Part shown: in pieces, positions 26,922-27,181 of the stretch
How positions within the stretch are numbered: the stretch's first letter is position 1
How the letters are laid out: every line of letters starts with the position of its first letter
Virus record (IMG/VR): IMGVR_UViG_3300030330_002060
Coordinates: 1-27,181 of that record
Length of the DNA: 27,181 nt
Source of the DNA: a virus
Lineage: Duplodnaviria; Caudoviricetes
Direction: 5' to 3' (one strand)
Translations under genes and position numbers: made by a program
The notes under the pieces: model-generated
Databases searched by the model: none
The model's input: only the letters and a program-made list of their open reading frames with translations
Told to the model about the DNA's origin: nothing

Positions 26922-27181
26922 ATGGCAGCTCAAAAAAACCCTACAACAAAAGAAACTTTACAGCTAATTGAATATCAAATAGAACAGATATTTAAAGAAA
27001 TAAACAATTTAAACGAAGATAATAAGACAGCTCACACTGAAGTTAAAAAAGATCTTCGTTTTATTAAACAAAATTTATTTGATCCAAACGAGGGTATATG
27101 GGCTGAAGTAAAACAAAATTCTAATTTTAGAAAAGACACTATTAAATGGCGCGGTGCGTTAGGTCTTGGTGTATTTAGTTT
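26922..27181 (+). CDS. Hypothetical protein, truncated by the window end; coiled coil followed by the start of a hydrophobic segment (possibly membrane or lysis related)
   Basis: Own translation: MAAQKNPTTKETLQLIEYQIEQIFKEINNLNEDNK...KWRGALGLGVFS. Open to the window end, with A at -3. Confidence 0.7.
   Translation, partial: MAAQKNPTTKETLQLIEYQIEQIFKEINNLNEDNKTAHTEVKKDLRFIKQNLFDPNEGIWAEVKQNSNFRKDTIKWRGALGLGVFS

Larger units (their letters stand above)
1..27181 (+). other. Tailed-phage (podovirus-like, crAss-like/Flavobacteriia-phage type) packaging, head, tail and ejection gene module
   Basis: Co-oriented, tightly packed genes in the order terminase-portal-scaffold-MCP-ring proteins-muzzle-ejection proteins. 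No host genes, integrase, tape measure or sheath gene seen. Confidence 0.9.

Noticed and set aside
1-27181. Stop-codon reassignment (TAG or TGA), as in some crAss-like phages
   Set aside because: All long genes are intact under the standard code with near-complete coding density, and TAG (343) and TGA (1144) appear to act as stops.
1-27181. tRNA, CRISPR array, intron/intein, integrase or DGR elements
   Set aside because: Intergenic gaps are all under about 75 nt with no cloverleaf or repeat-spacer pattern. TerL, portal and MCP are uninterrupted, and no reverse transcriptase or recombinase motifs were seen.

Overview
AT-rich (roughly 30% GC by eye), gene-dense window with all plausible genes on the + strand. 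It is the morphogenesis module of a podovirus-type tailed phage with crAss-like/Flavobacteriia-phage architecture; a Bacteroidota host is inferred from SD-less, A(-3) start contexts and the gene set. Gene order: two small hypothetical genes, a tandem GroES-like co-chaperonin, putative small terminase, large terminase, portal, acidic scaffold, major capsid protein (followed by an intrinsic terminator), a conserved hypothetical gene, two ring/adaptor proteins, a 2108-aa muzzle/stabilisation protein with a long Ser/Thr-rich extension, a small virion protein, and three putative ejection proteins. The most notable element is the 2266-aa third ejection protein. It reads as a polyvalent protein carrying a zincin HExxH protease, a sigma70-like domain (region 2, possibly region 4), an EHxxP HNH-like domain and a HAD phosphatase, separated by a recurring [IV]x[FT]SR linker that may be a processing site. 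A second highlight is a +1-frame ORF nested in the large terminase gene, with codon-level signs of dual-coding constraint and a Bacteroidota-style signal peptide. All domain calls are by-eye motif recognition and need HMM or structure confirmation.
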